Assembly: GCA_963665255.1 (NCBI GenBank) | Contig: OY762210.1 | Location: 2,366,929-2,430,928 of the forward strand | Direction of reading: 5' to 3' | Source of the DNA: Dehalococcoidia bacterium | Lineage (GTDB): Bacteria; Chloroflexota; Dehalococcoidia; Lucifugimonadales; UBA1123 | Length of the DNA: 64,000 nucleotides | Part shown: piece after piece, positions 28,235 to 37,003 of the stretch | Position numbering within the stretch: position 1 is the first letter of the stretch | How the letters are laid out: each line of letters opens with the position of its first letter | Notes under the pieces: generated by a model | What the model was told of the DNA's origin: nothing | The model's input: only the letters and a program-made list of their open reading frames with translations | The model's database searches: none | Position numbers and translations under genes: made by a program

Positions 28235-30668
28235 CCCGTCTGACTGGAGGCGGCAGATCGGGGGACGGCTCATCAGCGATGGTCCGACGCTCGTAGAGCG
28301 GCGCGAGCTCGTCGTCACCAAGACTCAGCAGTCCTCTGAACACCTCTGAGTTGTGTTCGCCGTACAGCGGCGAGGCCTTTCTTATGATGCCCGGCGTATC
28401 TGACAGCTTCCACGGCATTCCCGGATACGGGAAGACGCCCATTTCAGGGTGTTCCATTGGCTCGTAGAAGCCACGAGCATGGAAGTGCCGATTGCTGACC
28501 ATCTCCCAGTTTGCGAGCACTGGCGCCGCTGCCACCCCGGCATCCTGGAGCATCGCAGTCGCCTCATTATGATCGTACTGGCAAGTCCACTCTGAAACGG
28601 CGAGGTCGATCTCGTCGTGGCGTGCTCTACGTCCTTCTGCTGTCTCCAGTTCAGGGTCGTTTCCCATATCCGCGCGACCAATGGTCTCGGCCAATGCGCT
28701 CCACTCCTCGAATGTTCGTACACACAATGCCAGCCAACTGTCATCTCCATACGACGGATAACACCCCTGCGGAGCGTGTATCGGGTGTCGGTTTCCACGG
28801 CGTTTGGCAAGGTTTCCGGTGACCGTGTACTCCATGATCGCCTCTGGAAAGAACGTGATGCCGTTCTCATGAAGAGACATGTCGACGTACTGGCCCTCCC
28901 CAGTGCTCTCGCGATGATGAAGGGCCGCCAGGATTGCGATGGCCGCATGAGCGCCTGTGACGGGATCAGCATAGAAGAGCGTACTTCGGTACGGACGATC
29001 GTCGTCCGCATACCCGGTAGCCGCCGCCAGTCCACAGCTTGCCTCGACATTGGCTCCGTAAGCAACGTAGTCCCTGTCAGGCCCAGTCTGCCCAAACCCG
29101 GAGATCGACACCATGACGATTTCGGGATTCACATCCCTAAGCACGGGATACTGAAGGTTGAAGTTGCGCATTACCCGAGGGCTGTTGTTCTCCAGGACCA
29201 CGTCCGACTCAGCGACAAGCTTCAGGAAAATCTCCCTACCCGATTCGTCGTCCAGGTTGAGTGTTATTGCCAGCTTGTTTCGGTTCATCTTGTTGAAGTA
29301 GGCTGCGCGATTGTAGTGGTGCCTGAACGGGTCGCCACCGGGATACCTTCCTCCTCGCGTTGCTGGCCGGTCTGGCGCCTCGATCTTGATGACCTCCGCC
29401 CCCAGATCTGCCAGGTGCCTTGCGGCAAGCGGCCCTGCCCAGTTGGCCGTCAGTTCCAGTACTCGCACTCCGGCGAGAGGCATGCGCTTGGTGTCTTGAC
29501 CGAGGGGCGCTATTTTCTCTCGGTCTATGGCGTGAAACGGGCGACCACCAGGTGCGAATTCGAACTGGGAGTCTTCGTCGAGTCCCGGCGCAGGTCGCCT
29601 GATGCTCGCTGGAGTCTTCGAAAACACGTATGGGAAGCCCGGCATATCCGTTCTGCCTGCCTTGGGGTGATCGACCTGTTGGAACCACTCACGGTGTTGA
29701 AGCTGGGACGAATTCGTCAGGTCAGCGGCATCGTTCACCGGCGTAACAGGCACTCGCAGTTCCTGACCCGCCCTGAAGATCTCATCCTTGGTCTTGTCGG
29801 AACACCACTCGGTCAGTAACCCGACCAGCTTATCGCGGTTGTCCGACCAACTCTGACGGTCAGCGAAGTCGGGACTGTCTATCAGTTCGGGTCGATCGAT
29901 CAGAACAAGGAATGTCGGGTCCCACCTGAATGGGAAGAACCACACCCAACCGTCCCTGCACGGAATGCAGTCCGGCCCTGTACGGCGGAGTACGACACCT
30001 TCGTGCGTCCATGCGGTAGATGTCCACGCGTGTGCCGATAACATTGCCTCAACAGACGAAACATCGACGTGCTGACCCGTGCCAGTCATGCGAGCCCACC
30101 TCAGCGCCGCCATAGAGGCGATGGCCGATTGAGCGCCCGCATGAAGCATGGGCTGGTTGTTGTTCATCATGAGCGGCTCGCGTTCTGCGTTGCCGCAGAA
30201 GTACATGTACCCGCCCATGGCGAAGTCCGTGATTTCGTCGGACTTCCAGTGGCGATTTGGGCCCGTCTGTCCAAAGTGCGTTACCGACGTGAACACTAGG
30301 GCTTCATTCACGGCGGATAGCGATTCGTACCCCAGTCCAATGGAGTCCATGTAGCCAGATTCAAAGCTCTCGACAAGGATGTCGGAGCTTGCCGCGAGGC
30401 TGCGCAACCGCTCACGTCCGGCCCCGGTCTCCAGATCGCAGACGATGCTTCTCTTGTTCGCGCCGTAGTACAGGAACATCCCGCTGGAGTCGAGTTCAGG
30501 TGCAGAGGCAAAAGGCCCAGAATCACGCAGCGAATGGCCCGAACCGGGTCGTTCCACCAGGACGACCTCTGCCCCGAGGTCGGCGAGTAACTTTGTGCAG
30601 TACGCGCCGCCAATTGAGTCGCTCAGATCCAGGACGTTGACGCCGTCCAGCGCCTGTTGACTGGTCAT
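28227..30668 (-). CDS. tandem-fused family III CoA-transferase (two CaiB/BaiF-like modules in one polypeptide)
   Basis: 813 aa. Module 1 starts LDGVNVLDLSDSIGGAYCTKLLADLGAEVVLVERP (aa 7-41). Module 2 starts LAGVRVLELTANWAGPLAARHLADLGAEVIKIEAP (aa 398-432). Each module is about the length of a normal CaiB-family enzyme. Confidence 0.85.
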   Translation of the reverse strand: MTSQQALDGVNVLDLSDSIGGAYCTKLLADLGAEVVLVERPGSGHSLRDSGPFASAPELDSSGMFLYYGANKRSIVCDLETGAGRERLRSLAASSDILVESFESGYMDSIGLGYESLSAVNEALVFTSVTHFGQTGPNRHWKSDEITDFAMGGYMYFCGNAEREPLMMNNNQPMLHAGAQSAIASMAALRWARMTGTGQHVDVSSVEAMLSAHAWTSTAWTHEGVVLRRTGPDCIPCRDGWVWFFPFRWDPTFLVLIDRPELIDSPDFADRQSWSDNRDKLVGLLTEWCSDKTKDEIFRAGQELRVPVTPVNDAADLTNSSQLQHREWFQQVDHPKAGRTDMPGFPYVFSKTPASIRRPAPGLDEDSQFEFAPGGRPFHAIDREKIAPLGQDTKRMPLAGVRVLELTANWAGPLAARHLADLGAEVIKIEAPDRPATRGGRYPGGDPFRHHYNRAAYFNKMNRNKLAITLNLDDESGREIFLKLVAESDVVLENNSPRVMRNFNLQYPVLRDVNPEIVMVSISGFGQTGPDRDYVAYGANVEASCGLAAATGYADDDRPYRSTLFYADPVTGAHAAIAILAALHHRESTGEGQYVDMSLHENGITFFPEAIMEYTVTGNLAKRRGNRHPIHAPQGCYPSYGDDSWLALCVRTFEEWSALAETIGRADMGNDPELETAEGRRARHDEIDLAVSEWTCQYDHNEATAMLQDAGVAAAPVLANWEMVSNRHFHARGFYEPMEHPEMGVFPYPGMPWKLSDTPGIIRKASPLYGEHNSEVFRGLLSLGDDELAPLYERRTIADEPSPDLPPPVRRVI

Positions 30669-30756
30669 GAATTCCCACCGTCAGCTAAAGTCTGGGGCAG
30701 AGGATAGCAACGCAGTACGGCCGGTGGCTAGGTTGGACAACGACATACTGGCCGGT

Positions 30757-30785
30757 TTGACGCTGCTTTCACCACTCCATAACAT
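30757..30785 (+). promoter_or_regulatory. candidate promoter of the DinB-LLM gene pair
   Basis: TTGACG (30757-30762), 17-nt spacer, TAACAT (30780-30785). AGGGAGG RBS before ATG 30822. Confidence 0.45.
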
Positions 30786-30821
30786 TCCTCGAACCGTTGC
30801 AGATACAGGGAGGTACATACG

Positions 30822-31361
30822 ATGACAACCCAGGCCGAAGAGTTCAGACGAGTCCACTCGTATCTCCAGACGCAGGGCGAGCGATACACGTTTTCCGAAC
30901 TTTGGTCGCGTCTCATTCGGGCACGGATCACGGTAATGGACGCAGTAGAAGGCGTTACCCAGGAGCAGGCCGAATTTAGATTCGACCCTGATGAGTGGAG
31001 CATCGCAGAGGTGCTTCACCACGTGCTGACGAGCTCTGGGAGGGTTGCGGAGACCATCGAAGCTCTATCGCGCGGCGAGTCCATCAACCCAGGGCGAATC
31101 GACCCGCCACGGGAGGAGACTTCAGAGACGATCGATGAACTCACGAGGCGGCTGCGTGAGGACTCGATTGCATGGACGGCGCTGACTCAACGGCTCCCTG
31201 CTTCGCCGCCAACCGAGCCAACTGCTCCTCATCCGATGTTCGGCGAACTGCACGCCCGGGCCTGGTACCTGTTCCAACGGGTCCACGACCTCGATCACGC
31301 CGGACAGATTGAGAAGAACAAGCAGGCCGAAGACTATCCAGGCAGCGAGAGCCAGTCATGA
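30822..31361 (+). CDS. DinB-family (four-helix-bundle, metal-binding) protein
   Basis: 179 aa. His-containing helices (AEVLHHVLTS, VHDLDHAGQIEK) are typical of DinB_2. Confidence 0.7.
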   Translation: MTTQAEEFRRVHSYLQTQGERYTFSELWSRLIRARITVMDAVEGVTQEQAEFRFDPDEWSIAEVLHHVLTSSGRVAETIEALSRGESINPGRIDPPREETSETIDELTRRLREDSIAWTALTQRLPASPPTEPTAPHPMFGELHARAWYLFQRVHDLDHAGQIEKNKQAEDYPGSESQS

Positions 31362-32401
31362 AGATTGCAGTCAACGTCACCACCGACGCTCCTGGCGACT
31401 GGGAGAGCGCTGTCTCATTCGCTATCGAGGCCGAACGACTCGGTGCCGTGTCGATCTGGTCCGGTGAGTCCTGGGGATTTGATGCAATCACTCCCCTGGC
31501 CTTCCTATCCTCGAGGACGACGCAAATTGGCTTGGGAACCGGCATAGTCCAACTCGGCAGCCGTTCTCCAGCGAACCTTGCCATGACGGCCATGTCGATG
31601 CAGTCACTGTCGAACGGCAGGTTCATGCTGGGACTGGGAACCAGCGGCCCGCAGGTTATTGAGGGCTGGCACGGTATCTCCTTCTCACGTCCCGTCCAGC
31701 GCACGCGGGAGATCATCGAGATCGTGAGAATGGCGACCTCAGGAGAGAGGGTCGCCTACGACGGCAAGGTGTACCAACTCCCTCTTCCCGACGGCGAGGG
31801 CCGGTCAATCCGGTCCAGCTCCGAACCCGTGCATGTGCCTATCTACGTCGCGGCTCTTGGGCCTCGCAACCTGGAAATGACCGGCGAGCTTGCAGACGGC
31901 TGGATCGGCGGCTCCTTCATCCCGGAGACCGCTGAGGTCTTCCTGAAGCACATCAGGACCGGCGTTGAGCGGTCCGGCAGGAGTCTGGCCGACCTCGATC
32001 TCCAGATTCCAGTGTCGGTCGAGTTCACTGACGATGTCGAAGAGGCCGGCAAGAGGCACGCCCGCGGCTACGGCTTCACGTTCGGCGCGATGGGGTCCCT
32101 CAGGAACAACTTCTACAAGAACGCTTTTGCGCGACAGGGATTCGAAGAAGACGTCAACGAGGTCCAGCGACTCTGGATGGCGCGCGAGCGTGAGGCTGCC
32201 CGCGAGCGGGTCCCCGTCGAACTCGCAATGAAGGCCAACATGATCGGCACACCGGAGATGGTTGCGGAACGGCTGAGAGTCTATCGCGACGCCGGCATAA
32301 CCACGTTGCGACTGGGCCTCGCGGGAGCGAACGCTGAGGAAAAGCTGGACACGCTGGGGCTGACCATGGACCTGGTCAGAGGGATGGAGAGTTCCGACTG
32401 A
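31358..32401 (+). CDS. LLM-class (luciferase-like) flavin/F420-dependent oxidoreductase
   Basis: 347 aa with a TIM-barrel LLM pattern (SIWSGESWGFDAITPLAFL, LGLGTSGPQVIEGWHG). ATGA overlap with the DinB gene. Confidence 0.8.
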   Translation: MKIAVNVTTDAPGDWESAVSFAIEAERLGAVSIWSGESWGFDAITPLAFLSSRTTQIGLGTGIVQLGSRSPANLAMTAMSMQSLSNGRFMLGLGTSGPQVIEGWHGISFSRPVQRTREIIEIVRMATSGERVAYDGKVYQLPLPDGEGRSIRSSSEPVHVPIYVAALGPRNLEMTGELADGWIGGSFIPETAEVFLKHIRTGVERSGRSLADLDLQIPVSVEFTDDVEEAGKRHARGYGFTFGAMGSLRNNFYKNAFARQGFEEDVNEVQRLWMAREREAARERVPVELAMKANMIGTPEMVAERLRVYRDAGITTLRLGLAGANAEEKLDTLGLTMDLVRGMESSD

Positions 32402-32428
32402 GAGTTTCTGGGTAGACCCAAACAGGTT

Positions 32429-32794
32429 TCAGACTGCAGGCTCTTCCTGTTGCGGCTGGACCCTCGCCCGGACACTTCTGACCTCTTCCCTCAGCGCCGA
32501 GAGCATGCGGTCTTCTTCGTCCGCAGTGAGTTCCATGTCTCGCATAACGGAAGCGGCCTCGGACATCATCCGTCTTCTCAACGCCGAGTAATCGCTGTCC
32601 GTCATGTTGCCAAGACCGTGGTCAAGTTCTGCGCTCGCAAGGCCTGATACGGCTGCATCCCAGCGCCTCATGAGGTCAGCCTGGGGAGCGCCCTCGTCGT
32701 AGTCGAATTCGTCCCTACGTAGGCCGACCACGAAGGGCCAGAGGATGAAGAGCGCCGGAACGATAGCCAGCAGGAGACCGATCAGTACGAGCAC
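32429..32794 (-). CDS. small single-TM protein of unknown function, translationally linked to ccmF (possible CcmI/CycH-like accessory)
   Basis: 121 aa. N-terminal TM (LVLIGLLLAIVPALFILWPFVV) followed by a helical charged domain. GTG start 5 nt after the ccmF stop, with GAGGG upstream. Confidence 0.5.
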   Translation of the reverse strand: MLVLIGLLLAIVPALFILWPFVVGLRRDEFDYDEGAPQADLMRRWDAAVSGLASAELDHGLGNMTDSDYSALRRRMMSEAASVMRDMELTADEEDRMLSALREEVRSVRARVQPQQEEPAV

Positions 32795-32799
32795 GCGAC

Positions 32800-34782
32800 T
32801 CAGGCCCTCACAGTGCCAGCCCTAGAGGGCACAACGGCCGGAGCCAGCCGACGTCTGGGTGACAGCGCGAACAGCGTCCCCAGGACTATGATGGGCCCGG
32901 ACGCCCACATCCACCACACCATCGGGTTGATCAGTACTCGGAAGATCGCAGGGCCTTCACGGTCGAACTCCGACGGCACGATGTAGAAGTCCTCGATCGG
33001 CGTGCTGTGGATAGCGCCCTGCGTCGATGCGATCCTGAAGGCCGGGTACTCAGCCCGCAGCGCCTCCATGATCCCAAGGTAGCTGTCGCCCTTGAACACC
33101 TCGAATCGTGCGTAGTCCTCCTGGCGGTCGGCGAACGTCGCGTGCCTCGTGCCGATGAATGTGAAGCTATAGTCCCCCACGGTAGCAGAGTCGCCAGTCG
33201 TCATCGCGAAGTCTCGTTGAACGCTGTAGAACGACGAAGCTATCGCCCCCGCGGCCAGCATGATGATCGCGAGGTGCACGATGTACCCGCCGTACCTCGG
33301 TCTGTTTGCGGACAACAGCCGCATGAACGCGACCGGGTATTCTTCGCCCCCTCTATGACGTGCAAGTGTGCCCCGCACCCACTCGTAGAGTATTCCCGTC
33401 ACCACAAGTCCGCACGTCATGAAAGCGATCAGCGCGACGGGGCGGGTTATGCCGATAGCCAATAGCACAACGCCTGTCAGCAGTCCCCCGGCAAGCGGAA
33501 CTCGCACAAGTCTCAGCGCGTGAGAGACGGTCGCCCTCCGCCATGGGAGGAGCGGTCCCAGACCCATCATCAGTACGATGAGCAGGAGCACCGGTCCGTT
33601 CACCCGGTTGAAGAATGGCTGGCCCACCGTAACAACTGTGTCGTTAGCGGCTTCAGAGAAAATCGGGAAGATCGTTCCCCAAAGTGTGACAAACGCCACA
33701 GTCAGGAAGAGCACGTTTTGCGCCAGGAAAACGCTCTCGCGTGACAGCGCCGATTCAAGCTGGCCACGGCTGCGCAGCGTATCTGACTTCCAGATGAACA
33801 CCGCCACCGCGCCGACCAGGGTAACGATCATGAATGCGAGGAACACCCAGCCCATCGTGGACTGCGCGAACGAGTGCACCGACGGCACGGGGCCCCCGCG
33901 GTTGATGAACATTCCCATCTGCGCCATCGTGAAACCGATGATGATGATTATCATGTTCCACATTCGGAACATGCCCCTGCGCTTCTGCACCATGATGGAG
34001 TGAACGAACGCGGTCATGGCAAGCCACGGCATCAGCGCGGAGTTTTCGACCGGGTCCCATGCCCAGTACCCTCCCCAGCCTAGGATCGTGTATGCCCACC
34101 AGGAACCCAGCATTAGTCCGACCGTTAGTATCACCCAGGAGACCATCCCCCACAGTCGGCCCTGGTCCACCCACTCGTCGTTTCCTCCCCTGTTTGCCAA
34201 TAGCGCCCCAATAGCAATCGAAAACGGGATCGCTACCGATACAAGGCCTGCCATCTGCAACGGAGGGTGTATGAACATCCCAAAGTGGACGAGCAGCGGG
34301 TTGATCCCCTGACCGTCGGGCGGAACGATCGCCAGTCTCGCAAGGGGGTTGGCCAGAAACACCATGACCCCAAGCAGGAACGCGAGCACCAGGGCCATGA
34401 TGCCGGTGGCGTAGGGGGACGTGTAGGGCAGAGCCTTGCGAATGCCTGCGACGGCAATGACCGCCATGAGCGAGAACACGATCGCGATGTACAGCATCGA
34501 CCCGGAGTTCCCAGCGTAGAACGCGACCCATGTGTACGCCTGCGGCATCGCCAGGTTGCTGTTCTCAGCAACGTACTTAACCGAGAAGTCGTTAGTCACA
34601 AAGGCGTAAACGAGCGCCGCCGTAGCCACTAGAAGCAGAGGCAAGACACTGTACAGCGCGTACCTCCCGCTGACGAGTAGCTCAGAAGAGCGCCTCGACA
34701 CGCCGATGATCGATGCCGCTGCGGCGTACACCGACGCCATTAAGGCGAGAACGAGGGCGATCTGGCCAGCTTCTACTATCAC
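32800..34782 (-). CDS. ccmF: cytochrome c-type biogenesis protein CcmF (heme lyase)
   Basis: 660-aa polytopic protein with the WWD-type motif WGGYWAWDPVENSALMPWL. Confidence 0.93.
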   Translation of the reverse strand: MIVEAGQIALVLALMASVYAAAASIIGVSRRSSELLVSGRYALYSVLPLLLVATAALVYAFVTNDFSVKYVAENSNLAMPQAYTWVAFYAGNSGSMLYIAIVFSLMAVIAVAGIRKALPYTSPYATGIMALVLAFLLGVMVFLANPLARLAIVPPDGQGINPLLVHFGMFIHPPLQMAGLVSVAIPFSIAIGALLANRGGNDEWVDQGRLWGMVSWVILTVGLMLGSWWAYTILGWGGYWAWDPVENSALMPWLAMTAFVHSIMVQKRRGMFRMWNMIIIIIGFTMAQMGMFINRGGPVPSVHSFAQSTMGWVFLAFMIVTLVGAVAVFIWKSDTLRSRGQLESALSRESVFLAQNVLFLTVAFVTLWGTIFPIFSEAANDTVVTVGQPFFNRVNGPVLLLIVLMMGLGPLLPWRRATVSHALRLVRVPLAGGLLTGVVLLAIGITRPVALIAFMTCGLVVTGILYEWVRGTLARHRGGEEYPVAFMRLLSANRPRYGGYIVHLAIIMLAAGAIASSFYSVQRDFAMTTGDSATVGDYSFTFIGTRHATFADRQEDYARFEVFKGDSYLGIMEALRAEYPAFRIASTQGAIHSTPIEDFYIVPSEFDREGPAIFRVLINPMVWWMWASGPIIVLGTLFALSPRRRLAPAVVPSRAGTVRA

Positions 34783-35339
34783 TGTTGTGGATTCCCTCCT
34801 GATAGACCATCGGCACGGCGTTCAGATGTCGCCTCGTCTGAGTCATCTGAATTTAGAGCATCTTCGATCCTGGAGACGTAGTCTCCTCGGTCCCTGGCGG
34901 TTTCCTCTTCCGCTTGACGTTCAGCCTCGGCGCTCATTCGCATCCACTTCAGTGTCAGCAGCAGTGCGACGACTGCGAGTGCAAATGCAACCGGGGGGAC
35001 TACCCAGGCCGCAAGATTGAACCCAGAGGTCGGAGGTTCCATCAGGACGCTCGGACCGTATCTCTCCACCAGGAAGTCCTTGATCTGTCGGTCCGTCCAA
35101 CCCTCGCCAAGCTTGTCCCGGACGATTGACCTCATCTGGATGGACAGCGAATTCTGGCTCTGGTCTATCGACTCGCCGGGACAGACTGGACACATGATGC
35201 TCTTGTTCAACGCGGTGGCCCGCTGTTCGATGTCAGGGACTCCTGCCTCGCTGACGGTCAGACACGCAGTGGCTAGAGCGGCAGCAAGTGTTAGGACAGT
35301 CAGCAGTCCAATGTTGAGAACGTTTTTCACAGTATCCAA
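34779..35339 (-). CDS. ccmH: cytochrome c-type biogenesis protein CcmH/NrfF
   Basis: Signal/anchor, CxxC motif (MCPVCPGESIDQS) and a C-terminal TM. 4-nt overlap with ccmF. Start is TTG 35339 or GTG 35330. Confidence 0.85.
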   Translation of the reverse strand: MDTVKNVLNIGLLTVLTLAAALATACLTVSEAGVPDIEQRATALNKSIMCPVCPGESIDQSQNSLSIQMRSIVRDKLGEGWTDRQIKDFLVERYGPSVLMEPPTSGFNLAAWVVPPVAFALAVVALLLTLKWMRMSAEAERQAEEETARDRGDYVSRIEDALNSDDSDEATSERRADGLSGGNPQQ

Positions 35340-35416
35340 TTATAGCTGACCGGCCCCTCAACAAGAGAACGTTGTGCTGCACCAGCGGCGTGCGACCTCA
35401 CCAAGTTCGGTACCAC

Positions 35417-35446
35417 TAGCCACTGACCGTGAGCCGCAAGTATAAT
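35417..35446 (+). promoter_or_regulatory. candidate promoter for the DRTGG-domain gene
   Basis: Perfect TATAAT at 35441-35446 with a weak -35-like TAGCCA 18 nt upstream. AGGAG RBS before ATG 35517. Confidence 0.3.
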
Positions 35447-35516
35447 CGGGCTGGTCTCGACCACTGTTCCGCATCCAACGGAAAATCCGCCATAACACGC
35501 ACACCAGGAGTTAAGA

Positions 35517-36506
35517 ATGGCTGTCCTACTCGTAGCGTCTGATCGTGCTGGCGCAGGGAAGACATCTGTATCTCTGGCGCTTGCGGCGCTCGCGAGGCGT
35601 TCTGGACGTACGGCAAACGTGTACAAGCCGTTCTCAGCCTCGGGGGATGACGCCGACTCTGAGACAATCGCCCAACTGTCGAACCCAGGACTCGAAGGTT
35701 GGCCTAGATCCAGCGAGAGCGACGGCCCATCAGCCAGCGACCTCTCTGCGCTCGCAACAGACATGTCGAGTGGAGACAATGGGGCGTCGCTGAACATTGT
35801 GGAACTGCCAACCGAGTTCGGTGCAGCAGACGTGGCCTCAGTCGCGGAAGCGCTGGATGCCCAAATCCTACTTGTCACTCAGGGTCGACGAGGGCTGAGT
35901 GCCTCTGACCTCACAGGTTGGAAGGACGCCTCCGGTGACCGTTTGGCAGGTGTTCTTGTGAACGGTGTCACTCGCTACCTGAACACAGAAAGTACCGAGA
36001 GCACCGCGCCGTCATTCGATGAGGCCGAGATAGACCTGATCGGGATGATTCCCGAAAACCGCGCCCTGCTATCGATCACGGTGGAGCAGATTAGGGCTGG
36101 GCTGGATGGCAGGTACGTCGTTGACGAGGGAGACGTCAACCGCCCGGTTGAGTACTTCCAGGTCGGCTGCATGAGCCTCGACCCTGGGGAACTAAGGTTT
36201 GGGCTCTATGACAACAACGCGGTTGTCGTGCGCGGCGACCGTCCTGACATACAAATGTCTGCCCTGAACGCCTCTGTCGCCTGCCTTCTGCTCACCAGGG
36301 GTATCGATCCAATCGAGTACATCAGTTACGAGGCTCGGGAAGAAGAGACACCAGTAGTGGTTGTCGAGTCTGACACACTGACGACCATGTCCCTGCTCAA
36401 CGACGTGGCTACGTCTGCGAGAATGGACACGGCCGCCAAGGTTTCGAAGTTTGCTGAACTGCTCGAAGCCCACGCAGACCTCGAGCGAGTCTGGTCAGTC
36501 CTCTAG
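35517..36506 (+). CDS. stand-alone phosphotransacetylase-N-terminal-like protein (BioD-like P-loop domain + DRTGG domain)
   Basis: P-loop SDRAGAGKTS at the N-terminus. DRTGG-type segment VVVRGDRPDIQMSAL..CLLLTRG..PVVVVESDT. Preferred over the antisense ORF 35327-35878. Confidence 0.65.
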   Translation: MAVLLVASDRAGAGKTSVSLALAALARRSGRTANVYKPFSASGDDADSETIAQLSNPGLEGWPRSSESDGPSASDLSALATDMSSGDNGASLNIVELPTEFGAADVASVAEALDAQILLVTQGRRGLSASDLTGWKDASGDRLAGVLVNGVTRYLNTESTESTAPSFDEAEIDLIGMIPENRALLSITVEQIRAGLDGRYVVDEGDVNRPVEYFQVGCMSLDPGELRFGLYDNNAVVVRGDRPDIQMSALNASVACLLLTRGIDPIEYISYEAREEETPVVVVESDTLTTMSLLNDVATSARMDTAAKVSKFAELLEAHADLERVWSVL

Positions 36507-36944
36507 TTGGCCAGGGAACGCTCCCTCGAACAGGTCGCCCTCAACCGGCCACTCGTCCTTGGGCATCTCGTAGTAGGCCTCGATCTCGTTTCCGTCCGGG
36601 TCGCAGAAATACACCCCGAGCGAGATGCCGTGGTCGCCTATGTTCTCGATCTCAACTTCTCGTTCTTTGATAACTGAATAGAGCCTCTTGAGGTCCTCGA
36701 AGGACTCCATCTCCCACGCCATGTGGTACAGTCCGACCCTTTTGGCTTCCGGGCCGGGAGCGTCCTCTCCAACGGGTACCAGAGCCAGTTCGTGTGACAT
36801 TCCCTCGTCCGCGGCCATGAACGTCATGACGCCGGGACGCTTATTCATGACCGTCAGTCCAAGCACGTCTGTGTAGAACTGCTCCGACTTTTCCAGATCC
36901 CTAACCTTAATGACGAGATGACCGAGCTGCTTTGGAGTTACCAT
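36495..36944 (-). CDS. VOC-family protein (glyoxalase/extradiol dioxygenase fold)
   Basis: LGHLVIKVRDLEKSEQFYTDVLGL plus a second beta-alpha-beta-beta-beta module with a HMAWE metal ligand. ATG 36944 lies 8 nt after GGAGG. The track ORF starts at GTG 36953. Confidence 0.8.
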   Translation of the reverse strand: MVTPKQLGHLVIKVRDLEKSEQFYTDVLGLTVMNKRPGVMTFMAADEGMSHELALVPVGEDAPGPEAKRVGLYHMAWEMESFEDLKRLYSVIKEREVEIENIGDHGISLGVYFCDPDGNEIEAYYEMPKDEWPVEGDLFEGAFPGQLED

Positions 36945-37003
36945 TTGAACCACCTCCGAATCGACTTTGTACCTGGATACGAGTGTAACATAGGGTCGGA
37001 CAT

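Noticed and set aside
28617-29819. 400-aa ORF antisense to the double CoA-transferase gene
   Set aside because: It is striking in length but Arg/Cys/Val/Ser-rich with no domain signatures, and it is fully nested in a strongly supported gene. An antisense stop-codon-poor frame is expected for this codon bias.
33755-34531. 258-aa alternative-frame ORF on the same strand inside ccmF
   Set aside because: It is out of frame with a gene carrying the diagnostic WWD motif. Its Arg/Gly/His-rich translation has no TM segments or motifs.
35327-35878. 183-aa minus-strand ORF overlapping the start of the DRTGG-domain gene
   Set aside because: It is a Ser/Ala-rich, motif-free translation. The plus-strand gene has a P-loop, an AGGAG RBS and a TATAAT upstream, so the minus ORF is treated as a shadow frame.
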